Source: an uncultured virus (IMG/VR IMGVR_UViG_3300005588_000005)
Taxonomy: Duplodnaviria > Heunggongvirae > Uroviricota > Caudoviricetes
Direction: 5' to 3' (one strand)
IMG/VR virus record: IMGVR_UViG_3300005588_000005
Length of the DNA stretch: 20,000 nt
Shown: in pieces, positions 1-8,110 of the stretch
Layout of the letters: each line of letters begins with the position of its first letter
Numbering within the stretch: position 1 is the first letter of the stretch
Program-made: the position numbers and the translations under genes
Notes under the pieces: model-generated
Database searches by the model: none
What the model was told of the DNA's origin: nothing
Seen by the model: only the letters and a program-made list of their open reading frames with translations

Positions 1-1
1 T

Positions 2-268
2 ACGCCACGGAACGGTGCACTCAATCGACACGTCAATCACACGAGCAACGTCTTGAGCAAAAAACCCAACGTTACGGGCGTTCCCCGTGTTTTGTGTCTT
101 CAACTTGAAGTTGATGTCTTTGCCGCCTTGTTCCTTCACCGACTTGTCGTTGATGATGGTGTTGGCGACGTATTCTTGGTGCTCAAGAGAGATGTCGGTC
201 CAACTGCGTCGCTTGAAAAGCGACAGAGTCAGATTCATCAGGTCGTGAACTTGGTCAGGGTACAACAT
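2..268 (-). CDS. Major capsid protein, N-terminal part (runs off the window)
   Basis: Not in the ORF track because it has no stop in the window. Manual translation from ATG at 268: MLYPDQVHDLMNLTLSLFKRRSWTDISLEHQEYVANTIINDKSVKEQGGKDINFKLKTQNTGNARNVGFFAQDVARVIDVSIECTVPWR. It sits directly after the scaffold-like gene in terL-portal-scaffold-MCP order, and the sequence resembles phage major capsid N-termini. Confidence 0.75.
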   Translation of the reverse strand, partial: MLYPDQVHDLMNLTLSLFKRRSWTDISLEHQEYVANTIINDKSVKEQGGKDINFKLKTQNTGNARNVGFFAQDVARVIDVSIECTVPWR

Positions 269-362
269 TGAAAGTCTCGCCTGTGAGAGGAATTTGGCGG
301 CAACCAAAGCCGCGTCACTCCCTAAATCTGACCAGTTCTGAAATCCGTCTCAACTCAAAAAT

Positions 363-1592
363 TTAGTCCTGGTTGTTCTCGCGGTTGAACCGGGCCCAAA
401 GTTTCTTCATTTGAGGTGAGTTTGCGATGTCCGAAGGATTGTCGCTTTGCACCGGCGGAGCCTGCCTCGTGGACGTCCTTCCGCTGACTCCCGACGGCCG
501 GCGTCGACGGCTTTGCGACTGAATTTCCCGTGTTTTGCCGGTTTGGTTCGCAACTCGCGGCGTTGTCCCAACCTCGCCAAACACCACGTTCACAGCCCGC
601 TTTGCCAGCTGCGCAACGGAAATGTTTCGTTGCCCCTGCTTTTCCAGGGCGTCGTACATGCTGGCCATCTTGCTCAGAACCATTTGGCGGTTTGCCGTAT
701 GAAGGCCTCCGAGATCCTGGTTCACCGAACCGTTTTTGCCGACGACGCGACCGAAAGTGTTCTGATCCATCCCGTCGAGCGATTGGTGGAATTCGATTAA
801 AACGCGGTCAGTTTCCTGTTGCTTGCGAATCTCATCCTCCTGTTGCCGACGAGCCGCTTCACGCTCCCGTTCTTCGATGATCAGATTGTGCTGTTCCGCC
901 ATCATAATGTCGTCTTCTGAATAGTTTTCCTCCTTCATCTTCGCGATGTCGCGTTTCTTGAACTTCGGGGTATCGCTTTGCTCTGTCTGCTCAGGCTGTT
1001 GTTGCGGAGAGTTCTCCGGTCGGTATCCGGGCAAAAGCGGGTTGTTCGTCCGCGGCGCCGGTTGCTGGAATTGTTGGTAACCGGGTCCGCCGGCGGCTGT
1101 GAGGTTCTGGTCGTACATCCGACCAAACCGGTCCAACTCTTCTCGACTCGACAGGTCTTTGATGTCGTCTTCCGAAAGACCGTAGCTTTTCGCGAATTCA
1201 ATCGTGTCCGGATCCTCGTACCACTTGGCAGCATCCGGATCGTCATCGTCAAGTTCTTCGTCGTCAAACTCGTCGATCGAGGAACCCCGCTCGTCGTAGA
1301 AGTCCGATCCAGTGTCATCGCTAGCCGACCAACCGTCCTCGGGAGCGTAGTCCTTTTCGTCTCGGTCCCCGGTGTCGTTGGAGGCACTGGTACGGCGGAG
1401 AGGTTCATCGTCAAGGTCGTCGTCGCCTTCGTATTGTTCAGGCTGAGGAGCGGCCGACGGTCGTCGCGCGCCGGGCGGCGGATCCTGCGAACCTGGAAGT
1501 TTGCCGTTGGGTAGCGATGAAGCCCCATCGTCACCGAAGTCGGCTTTTGCGCGAGCGATTTGAGCGGGGGTAAGGCTGATTGATCGGGCCAT
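363..1592 (-). CDS. Putative capsid scaffolding protein
   Basis: 409 aa with a very acidic, disordered N-terminal half, a coiled coil (EEREREAARRQQEDEIRKQQE) and a basic C-terminal tail. It lies between portal and MCP. AGGA-type RBS upstream. Confidence 0.65.
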   Translation of the reverse strand: MARSISLTPAQIARAKADFGDDGASSLPNGKLPGSQDPPPGARRPSAAPQPEQYEGDDDLDDEPLRRTSASNDTGDRDEKDYAPEDGWSASDDTGSDFYDERGSSIDEFDDEELDDDDPDAAKWYEDPDTIEFAKSYGLSEDDIKDLSSREELDRFGRMYDQNLTAAGGPGYQQFQQPAPRTNNPLLPGYRPENSPQQQPEQTEQSDTPKFKKRDIAKMKEENYSEDDIMMAEQHNLIIEEREREAARRQQEDEIRKQQETDRVLIEFHQSLDGMDQNTFGRVVGKNGSVNQDLGGLHTANRQMVLSKMASMYDALEKQGQRNISVAQLAKRAVNVVFGEVGTTPRVANQTGKTREIQSQSRRRRPSGVSGRTSTRQAPPVQSDNPSDIANSPQMKKLWARFNRENNQD

Positions 1593-1659
1593 TTTCTGTT
1601 CCTTTTAGGAAAACAAGGGTTTTGAGTGCTGTTGTTGTAGGCAGGCGGTCATAAAAAAA

Positions 1660-2172
1660 TCAACGGCTTGGTTTCAGGCTCTTGCGTTTCTTCTTGTCCG
1701 CAACACGCCCTAAGATCTCGCAGGCGTCCCGGATGTCCTTCGCCGAAATTGCCTGTCCGCCGCCGTTCCGACTGTTCTGGTCGGTGAATTCCCGAGACTT
1801 CATGTACTCGGCTTTCGACCTCTCACTTCCGCAGACAACGGAATAGAAGTGGGTTTCGGGGTCCCGCCGGAATTCGATGTCCGTGAAGTTGTTGCGCTTG
1901 CGATGTTCCTCCATCTCCGCAAACTGGTGTTCGCCGAAGCCCATCGCGTCGCTAACAATCTCCGTCCGGCCGGCAACCTTCTTCGTCTTGATCTTCTGCG
2001 TCGGCCGGTTCGTCCGTCGCGCCCACACTCCCGGTTTCACCTCCAAGAACCCGTCCCGGGCTTTCATCGCCTGGTGGAAGTCCACGTAGATGATCGTCCC
2101 GTCGTCCATCTTGAACGGAATCCCGGTGGTGTTGGATGACTTCTTCTTTCGTTTGTTCTTGGATCTTCCCAT
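1660..2172 (-). CDS. Conserved-looking phage head-module protein (hypothetical)
   Basis: Part of ORF 1660..2253; likely start is ATG 2172 (MGRSKNK...). Protein-like sequence (IVSDAMGFGEHQ...IEFRRDP...KAEYMKSREFTDQN) between portal and scaffold. Confidence 0.6.
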   Translation of the reverse strand: MGRSKNKRKKKSSNTTGIPFKMDDGTIIYVDFHQAMKARDGFLEVKPGVWARRTNRPTQKIKTKKVAGRTEIVSDAMGFGEHQFAEMEEHRKRNNFTDIEFRRDPETHFYSVVCGSERSKAEYMKSREFTDQNSRNGGGQAISAKDIRDACEILGRVADKKKRKSLKPSR

Positions 2173-2482
2173 CGTTATCAATGACAACTGCCTTGGTTCC
2201 TTCAGGTGCGTACTTGAACATTTGATTTGTTGCCCACTCGGACAACTGAGCATCGGTCATCAGCGTATCGTCAACCAACGCGTCGATTTCTTCAGGTGTC
2301 CGCCTTTTCAGGCCGAGCGTCACGCGGACATTGATTTCCTTTTGGCAGTGCGGACAGGCTATCGACTTGTCAGGATGGATGTATTTGCCTGGTTCTATGG
2401 CAAACACAATCTTTTCCTTGCATTTTCCACACTTCCCTTCAAGTTTGTCTGCAATGACAGAAGGGCTTGATTCGGTGTTCAT
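1952..2482 (-). CDS. Zinc-ribbon hypothetical protein
   Basis: CGKC...CPHC motif pair. Start overlaps the upstream stop (ATGA, 2479-2482). The C-terminal part overlaps the next gene in another frame. Confidence 0.55.
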   Translation of the reverse strand: MNTESSPSVIADKLEGKCGKCKEKIVFAIEPGKYIHPDKSIACPHCQKEINVRVTLGLKRRTPEEIDALVDDTLMTDAQLSEWATNQMFKYAPEGTKAVVIDNDGKIQEQTKEEVIQHHRDSVQDGRRDDHLRGLPPGDESPGRVLGGETGSVGATDEPADAEDQDEEGCRPDGDC

Positions 2483-2667
2483 TCGTCTTCATCCTCCACG
2501 GGGTGACTGGTCATGTTGTGGCACTCGCCACACTCCAAAGAAACGATCGGTTCGTCGTAAGATTCCTCGATCGCAATTACTGAAACCTGGACGTGGTTGC
2601 AGATAGAGCACTCTGTTTCGCCGGTCCACCACTTGTATCCGCATGGCAAAGGCTTGCATTTACTCAT
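2479..2667 (-). CDS. Small zinc-ribbon protein
   Basis: MSKCKPLP...CSIC...CGEC. ATG 2667 overlaps the stop of the upstream gene (ATGAGTAA), suggesting translational coupling. Confidence 0.6.
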   Translation of the reverse strand: MSKCKPLPCGYKWWTGETECSICNHVQVSVIAIEESYDEPIVSLECGECHNMTSHPVEDEDE

Positions 2668-2962
2668 TTGAATACTCGAAGGAATAATTCTTCCATGGGA
2701 GAGGTTTTGGATCATCCCGGGCAGCCCCATGCTCTTTGTAGTGGATGAACGCTTGCACTAAGTTGATTCCATGACCGCATTTTGGGCAGATAATCCAGTC
2801 ACTTTCCGAAAACACATCGCTTTGCTTCACCAAGACTGACCAAGTGTGATCGCATTGCCAACGCATACAGCGGAGGGTTTCAGGTCTGACAGATTGATTC
2901 TTGGTAAGGAAGCATGGGATCAATGTCGCAACCATTGATTTGAACCACGATCGTCTTTTCAT
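2660..2962 (-). CDS. Small hypothetical protein with CPKC motif and twin-arginine-like N-terminus
   Basis: 100 aa; TGATG overlap with the portal stop; begins MKRRSWFKSMVATLIPCFL. Confidence 0.55.
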   Translation of the reverse strand: MKRRSWFKSMVATLIPCFLTKNQSVRPETLRCMRWQCDHTWSVLVKQSDVFSESDWIICPKCGHGINLVQAFIHYKEHGAARDDPKPLPWKNYSFEYSNE

Positions 2963-4929
2963 CAGGTCATTCCCCCAGGTGTTTGAGGACCGGCCGTCGC
3001 AGCTGCATTCATCATCTGCGATGACTGGGCCATCGGACTATTCTGTCCGGCAGAAACGTTCTCCCGGACATACCGGCGCGTGCCGTTGGGAGGCGACGAC
3101 GGAACCTTGGTCAAAGGTTGCAGTTCCATGTCATCGCCAGATCCGCCCATGAATTTGACCACATTCCGCAACTCAGGAAGGTTCATCAGTTCGGAGAACG
3201 TCTCGACCAAAGCAAACATGTCGACCATCCCTCCTTGCTGCTGAAGGTACGGCGCCAACGGCATGATGACTTGCTGGACGACGGTCGTAAGCTTTTGGAT
3301 CTTTTCTTCCGGACCCTCGTATCGCATCGAGTAAATGTCGACGTCGAAGTTGAAGTCAATGAAGTTCCCTTCCCGATCGCCAGGCTTCCATACTTCGGAA
3401 ACGGTAATGCTCGTCCCGGGAATCGGAATCTCCATCACAATTTCCTTGACCGAGTCTTGCCACAGCATCATGCCGAGGCAGCGAAACAGGCGGGAAGTCT
3501 TCTCAATCACCCGCTTGCCCATTTTGTCGACCTTCCGCGACGCGGCTCCGTGGATCAGCCTGTCCTGTCCGAGAGTCCCCGCTTGGGCGCCGAGTCCCAG
3601 TTGTGCGGAAAGGTTGCCGGCCATCCGGTCGAACAGTTCGATGCCGCCGATCATGAAACCGTGGGTCCCGGCGTCAACGCCGCCAAACGTCAATTGACCA
3701 ATCTCGTTCGGATCGTTCACGCAAACCGTTCCGCCGTCTTCTGTGATCGCAACGTTCTGGACGTCCTTCGCAGCGCCAGCGGTGTACGTCGTGACCGTCT
3801 TCTGGGCTCGAGCCTGTGTCGATTCCTTCCGCATCAGGTCGTTCACAAGCGTTTCCAGCAATTCCAAGTTCGCCGCCGGCGACGAAGGCATGATGTTTTC
3901 CGGAACATCGTGAAAGCCGAGAAGGTGGTATGGTCCAAGCTCGTCGCCCGTCCATTCCTCGACAGCAATCGGACCGGGTCCGGCCAGGGACATTTTCGTC
4001 CTGTCTTGGATGACGTACGTGTAAACGACCCCGTGCCGCGGAACCCAAAGATCGATCAGATCAATCATGTCCTCCAAGTCGTCTTGGTCATTCTCTTGTG
4101 ACCGACTCATTCCCTCGACACGATCTCGCTCGTCGTTCTGGGTCAACGTCGACGGCTGGTGATCTGACATCGCATCTTCGCCGAAAATGTCGATCGCCTC
4201 TTCCCACGACAATCGGTACATGTCGCCGGCGTACCGCACTTCCGACCACTTGTTCGCCTTCATGTCGTAAACGAAGTCGTCCAGAGCGATGTTCGAAGCA
4301 AACGGCCGACCAGGATCCATCCACAAATCTGTCTCGACCTGGACCATCCCAGCATTGGCCATGTGGGTTTTGATGATGCCAACACAGAAGTACGCGTCCA
4401 TGATCCACTGTTCCAGAGTCTCCGGAAGGTGGATTTCCTTCACAAGCGCGTTCAACGCACGCTGGAAGTGCTTGGAAAAGGCCTTGTATTGAGGGAATTC
4501 GGTCGACACCAGCGCCCGAGGCTTGTCCGACACAAGATTGATCTGAGCAGCTTCAACAGCCTGTTGTATCAGATTCAAATAGCGGTTCGGATGATTTTCG
4601 TCCTCGCCGTAGGAGGAACCGCCGTAAAGCTCCGTCAGACTGTGATTCATCTCACGGAATGGCTCGAGACTGCGGTACGATCGCTCAACCGATCGCATGA
4701 ACCGAGATTGATCGCCGTCGTACCGCAATCCGCCGCCGCCGCCAAACAGTTCTTCCAACCGGTCTTCGTCGGCAGGCGCTCGAGAGGCAAAAGGCCCTTC
4801 GCCGGTATAAACTCCCGGCCTGACTCGCAGCCGATCGGGCATGTACTCGCCATCCCTGACGTTTTCGTACATGGACTTTGGAGAGAAGTCGGCTTCCGAA
4901 TCGTCGTCTACAACCGGCATTGAATACAT
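2962..4929 (-). CDS. Phage portal protein
   Basis: 655 aa, downstream of terL and upstream of scaffold/MCP. Size, helical character and the Q/M/P-rich C-terminal tail fit P22-like portals. Confidence 0.8.
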   Translation of the reverse strand: MYSMPVVDDDSEADFSPKSMYENVRDGEYMPDRLRVRPGVYTGEGPFASRAPADEDRLEELFGGGGGLRYDGDQSRFMRSVERSYRSLEPFREMNHSLTELYGGSSYGEDENHPNRYLNLIQQAVEAAQINLVSDKPRALVSTEFPQYKAFSKHFQRALNALVKEIHLPETLEQWIMDAYFCVGIIKTHMANAGMVQVETDLWMDPGRPFASNIALDDFVYDMKANKWSEVRYAGDMYRLSWEEAIDIFGEDAMSDHQPSTLTQNDERDRVEGMSRSQENDQDDLEDMIDLIDLWVPRHGVVYTYVIQDRTKMSLAGPGPIAVEEWTGDELGPYHLLGFHDVPENIMPSSPAANLELLETLVNDLMRKESTQARAQKTVTTYTAGAAKDVQNVAITEDGGTVCVNDPNEIGQLTFGGVDAGTHGFMIGGIELFDRMAGNLSAQLGLGAQAGTLGQDRLIHGAASRKVDKMGKRVIEKTSRLFRCLGMMLWQDSVKEIVMEIPIPGTSITVSEVWKPGDREGNFIDFNFDVDIYSMRYEGPEEKIQKLTTVVQQVIMPLAPYLQQQGGMVDMFALVETFSELMNLPELRNVVKFMGGSGDDMELQPLTKVPSSPPNGTRRYVRENVSAGQNSPMAQSSQMMNAAATAGPQTPGGMT

Positions 4930-4938
4930 CTGGGATTC

Positions 4939-5310
4939 CTACTTTACGTCTGGGTCGTCGTCCTCCCCACACCAACACAAGATGCACGGCAAGGAAACGA
5001 TTGGTTTGTGGCATTCCGGGCAGTTGAACCGACTCATCAGCGACACCGATGCCGATGCCGGAAGACCGTTTCTCCTGCAAAACGAAACTGCTACGTTATC
5101 GCACGTCCACAGCATACGATTCAATCCAATAAATTCCCCCGGAGAAAGCCCACAAACACGGGCTTTATCCCTGATCGCCAAAGAATGGTACGACCAAAAG
5201 CCAATCACGCGACGCGCTGGGATGATTAGATGCCGCGCCAAATAGGGGTTCTGGACGTTGGAAATCCAGATACTCTTGACCGGTTTCCCGGACAGAAAGT
5301 ATTGGCTCAT
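4939..5310 (-). CDS. Hypothetical protein with C-terminal Zn finger (CPEC...PCILC)
   Basis: ATG 5310 (MSQYFLSG) overlaps the terL stop (ATGA). The extra N-terminal part of ORF 4939..5505 lies inside terL and is unlikely to be translated. Confidence 0.6.
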   Translation of the reverse strand: MSQYFLSGKPVKSIWISNVQNPYLARHLIIPARRVIGFWSYHSLAIRDKARVCGLSPGEFIGLNRMLWTCDNVAVSFCRRNGLPASASVSLMSRFNCPECHKPIVSLPCILCWCGEDDDPDVK

Positions 5311-7292
5311 CGTCTTCTCTTCAGCACACTGCCCACCCATCTGTCCCGCCTTTTGTTGAGTTCTGCTGCCCGATCCTCCTGACGGTACATGTCCACACGC
5401 TCCGCCATCGTCCCGCTGATTGACTGAGATTTGACCATCGCCTTTCCCTGCTCGTCCATAATAACCCCAACGTATTCGCTCGGACGATCTAGCAGTTGCT
5501 GACAATTCACCCCGAAAGCAATCACGCGGTCACCGTGGGCCTTCCCTTTGCTCGAATCATCCTTCGTCGTCAGACTTTGGGCGTGCTCAATCTTCCCGTT
5601 GATCATCACGTACTGCCGGAATTCCAACGCAAGTTTCTTGCACTTGACGATCGCTTCGGAAGCACGAACAGCCCGGGTCATCTCCGAAAACATGATCCCT
5701 TTCGAATAATCGTCCGTGTGGAAACCCAAGTCGGTCGTGACAGTCCGCTTCTTCTTCTTGAACGAATGACGGCGATAACAGTTCGGGTACTTCAGATCCT
5801 TGATCCGCTTGGTGAATGCACCGCCCTGCTGGCCGTTGGATTCCCACCCCAAATACGCACCGTAAAGCCACAGCGCTGCAGCAACAGAAAGGTCAGCAAA
5901 TTCCGACGGTTCGATCGTGTTCGCCGCATACCCCAAAATCTGCTCGTGGGTCGACAGGTCGGATCCGTACAACGTCGAATTGCTGGTGTGACTCCCGCCA
6001 AGACCGGATGAAATGTCAGCCGACAACGCGTACATCCCTTTCGGTGGTCGCCCCTGGACGTTCAGCGGAACCCAAAGATCGACCGGACCGCTCCGGATCT
6101 CCTGGAATTCGGCTTTCATTACCATCTCGCCATCCTCAACATGGCTGGTCACCGAGAAATTGCCGGTGTGGGTCGGGACGGCAATCGACTGGTGAACCGC
6201 CTTGATGAACTCGTTGCCAAACACCAAGAACGACGATCCGCCATAATCCCGGTCAAGCTCCTGAGCGATAGACTGCGGCGTCATCCCAGCGCGATCGCAC
6301 TCATGGTCGTACCATGGACTCCGCTGAATTCGCTCCCCGTCCTTGTTCTTCTCAAGATTGAATCCCCGCGATCGCAATCTCGAGAACAGGTCGAGCACTT
6401 CCTTTGTCGGTGGGTTGTAGTGCGACGGCAACGGATTATTCACAGGGTCGACCGCAACCGGCTTCCCCCGCTTCATCACGTACAAGCCGCGATTCCGCGT
6501 AACGTTCTGCTTCCAGTCGATGACGACCGGCACCATCGCCGACGGTTCGTGCATCACGTTGTAATATTCGTTGTGACAGCCGTTGACCGTCGACACGAAC
6601 ACTCGGCAGTTCGTTGAACCGTGACTCGAATTCAAAGCCTCCGTGTCTTCGCCCTTGTTGAAGAAGGCGAATTCGTCCATCACAGCGTAAGTCAGACGAC
6701 CGCCGCGGAAGATGTTGCCGGTCGCCGCGCCAGCAGCGATTGAGGACCCCGTCCACTTGTGTGCCCAAGTGTGATTGTTCCGATTCCGCGTCCAATCCCT
6801 GCCTTTGATCCCCACCATCCATTCGGGAAGGCAATCCAACTCGTAGTCAATCTTCCATCCCAGCGAGTCGGAGTCGTCCGGGTTGTCAGCCGCAAGCTCT
6901 GTCCGGGAGACAAGACCGACTTTCGCATCCTCATCATTGACGAATGAATTACAAGCAAAAAGCACCGCGATCCAGCTCATCCCCTCACCACGGCTTTTCT
7001 CTACCCCGATGTCCTCGTGACCAAGATGCTCATTGATCTTGCGAATCGCGTCAACTTGGTGGGGCCAGGGAATGAACGGAACCCGCTTGCTGTACTTCAC
7101 CCCGTCCCGAATCTTCGGCCGAGGCTCGTAAACCCAGCAGAACGTCGAGAAGAACCACAAGACGTCATCCTTGCACGCGGACAACGCCATGTCCCGGAAC
7201 TTCTTCGAAAACTCGCACTTCTTCAGGATGTCATTGCGGTAACCGAGATTGTCATCCGTATCCAGCGGCACACGCGAAAACCAATCCGTCAT
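5307..7292 (-). CDS. terL: Terminase large subunit
   Basis: 661 aa. Adenine-binding PWPHQ, Walker A-type EKSRGEGMSW, Walker B GGRLTYAVMDEFAF, coupling motif VSTVNG, and RNase H-like nuclease residues in SADISSG and HGDRVIA. Confidence 0.92.
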   Translation of the reverse strand: MTDWFSRVPLDTDDNLGYRNDILKKCEFSKKFRDMALSACKDDVLWFFSTFCWVYEPRPKIRDGVKYSKRVPFIPWPHQVDAIRKINEHLGHEDIGVEKSRGEGMSWIAVLFACNSFVNDEDAKVGLVSRTELAADNPDDSDSLGWKIDYELDCLPEWMVGIKGRDWTRNRNNHTWAHKWTGSSIAAGAATGNIFRGGRLTYAVMDEFAFFNKGEDTEALNSSHGSTNCRVFVSTVNGCHNEYYNVMHEPSAMVPVVIDWKQNVTRNRGLYVMKRGKPVAVDPVNNPLPSHYNPPTKEVLDLFSRLRSRGFNLEKNKDGERIQRSPWYDHECDRAGMTPQSIAQELDRDYGGSSFLVFGNEFIKAVHQSIAVPTHTGNFSVTSHVEDGEMVMKAEFQEIRSGPVDLWVPLNVQGRPPKGMYALSADISSGLGGSHTSNSTLYGSDLSTHEQILGYAANTIEPSEFADLSVAAALWLYGAYLGWESNGQQGGAFTKRIKDLKYPNCYRRHSFKKKKRTVTTDLGFHTDDYSKGIMFSEMTRAVRASEAIVKCKKLALEFRQYVMINGKIEHAQSLTTKDDSSKGKAHGDRVIAFGVNCQQLLDRPSEYVGVIMDEQGKAMVKSQSISGTMAERVDMYRQEDRAAELNKRRDRWVGSVLKRRR

Positions 7293-7308
7293 GGTCGATC
7301 ATCCAAAA

Positions 7309-8061
7309 CTAAGATTGCAACATGACGTAGCTTGCAGGGTAAGTCGCTTCCATTCTCGTCGTAAATTCATCGTCGCTGGGACGCTTGTCTAGTGTGAAAA
7401 GACGACTCTTTGCAATGTGCAACGTTGCGTCGGCAATCGATTGTGGTGTCTGGAATGTGCTCAACGGGTCCGCAACCAGCCAATCATAACGACCAGCATC
7501 GGGAACACTTACCGCCGGTGAAACTTCAACAGTGACGCCAACGCGTTTATTGATCCAAGTTCTGGAAATTCCATTATGAAGAAACTCGACTTCAGTGTCG
7601 TGCATGAACAAAGGAAGCCTGGAAATCATCCATTCGAATTTCTGGCCAAGAGAATCCATGTCCTGAGCACAGTACGAAGATTCTTCGTTTCGACCAACCA
7701 AAAGAATACGCTTCAGATCGCTTGACCCAAGAGCGTATGCGTGCAACGCGACCATCAAAGCCAATTGCGTCGCGCCGTATTCCCGGTCGTACCAGAAAAC
7801 CACATCCTTCTTTCCGGCATTCAAGCAAATCTCACGAAGGTTCTCTTCCTGATTCTTCCGGCAAATGAACGGATTTTCTCTACCCGTACGTGGGTCAAAA
7901 ACCCATCCGAACAGATTGCTAAACGCGACAATGTCATCGCGAAACACACTCAGTAATCCATCGCCGTTGAAGTCAGACGTCGCCATGAACCAAGACCTGT
8001 ACACAAAGTTCAGCTGATGGTCAGTCGGAATGAATTTCGACACCAGATCGGATTGTGACAT
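7309..8061 (-). CDS. Degenerate paralog of the terminase ATPase domain
   Basis: 250 aa, colinear by eye with terL residues 1-240 (e.g. RDDIVAFSNLFGWVFDPR vs KDDVLWFFSTFCWVYEPR; DMDSLGQKFEWMISRLP vs DSDSLGWKIDYELDCLP). Walker A and B catalytic residues are substituted. Confidence 0.8.
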   Translation of the reverse strand: MSQSDLVSKFIPTDHQLNFVYRSWFMATSDFNGDGLLSVFRDDIVAFSNLFGWVFDPRTGRENPFICRKNQEENLREICLNAGKKDVVFWYDREYGATQLALMVALHAYALGSSDLKRILLVGRNEESSYCAQDMDSLGQKFEWMISRLPLFMHDTEVEFLHNGISRTWINKRVGVTVEVSPAVSVPDAGRYDWLVADPLSTFQTPQSIADATLHIAKSRLFTLDKRPSDDEFTTRMEATYPASYVMLQS

Positions 8062-8110
8062 TGCGAAACCTGCCGGATGGGGTTGAAGAAGAAATCGGAT
8101 TCAGAAACCG

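Noticed and set aside
3118..4923. Long plus-strand ORFs (327 aa, 186 aa) antisense to the portal
   Set aside because: Shadow ORFs typical of high-GC codon usage; the same applies to antisense ORFs over terL, the scaffold and the MTase.
7309..8061. Split terL caused by an intron, intein or frameshift, or a simple pseudogene
   Set aside because: TerL at 5307-7292 already has a complete ATPase domain, and the upstream ORF duplicates it with an intact frame.
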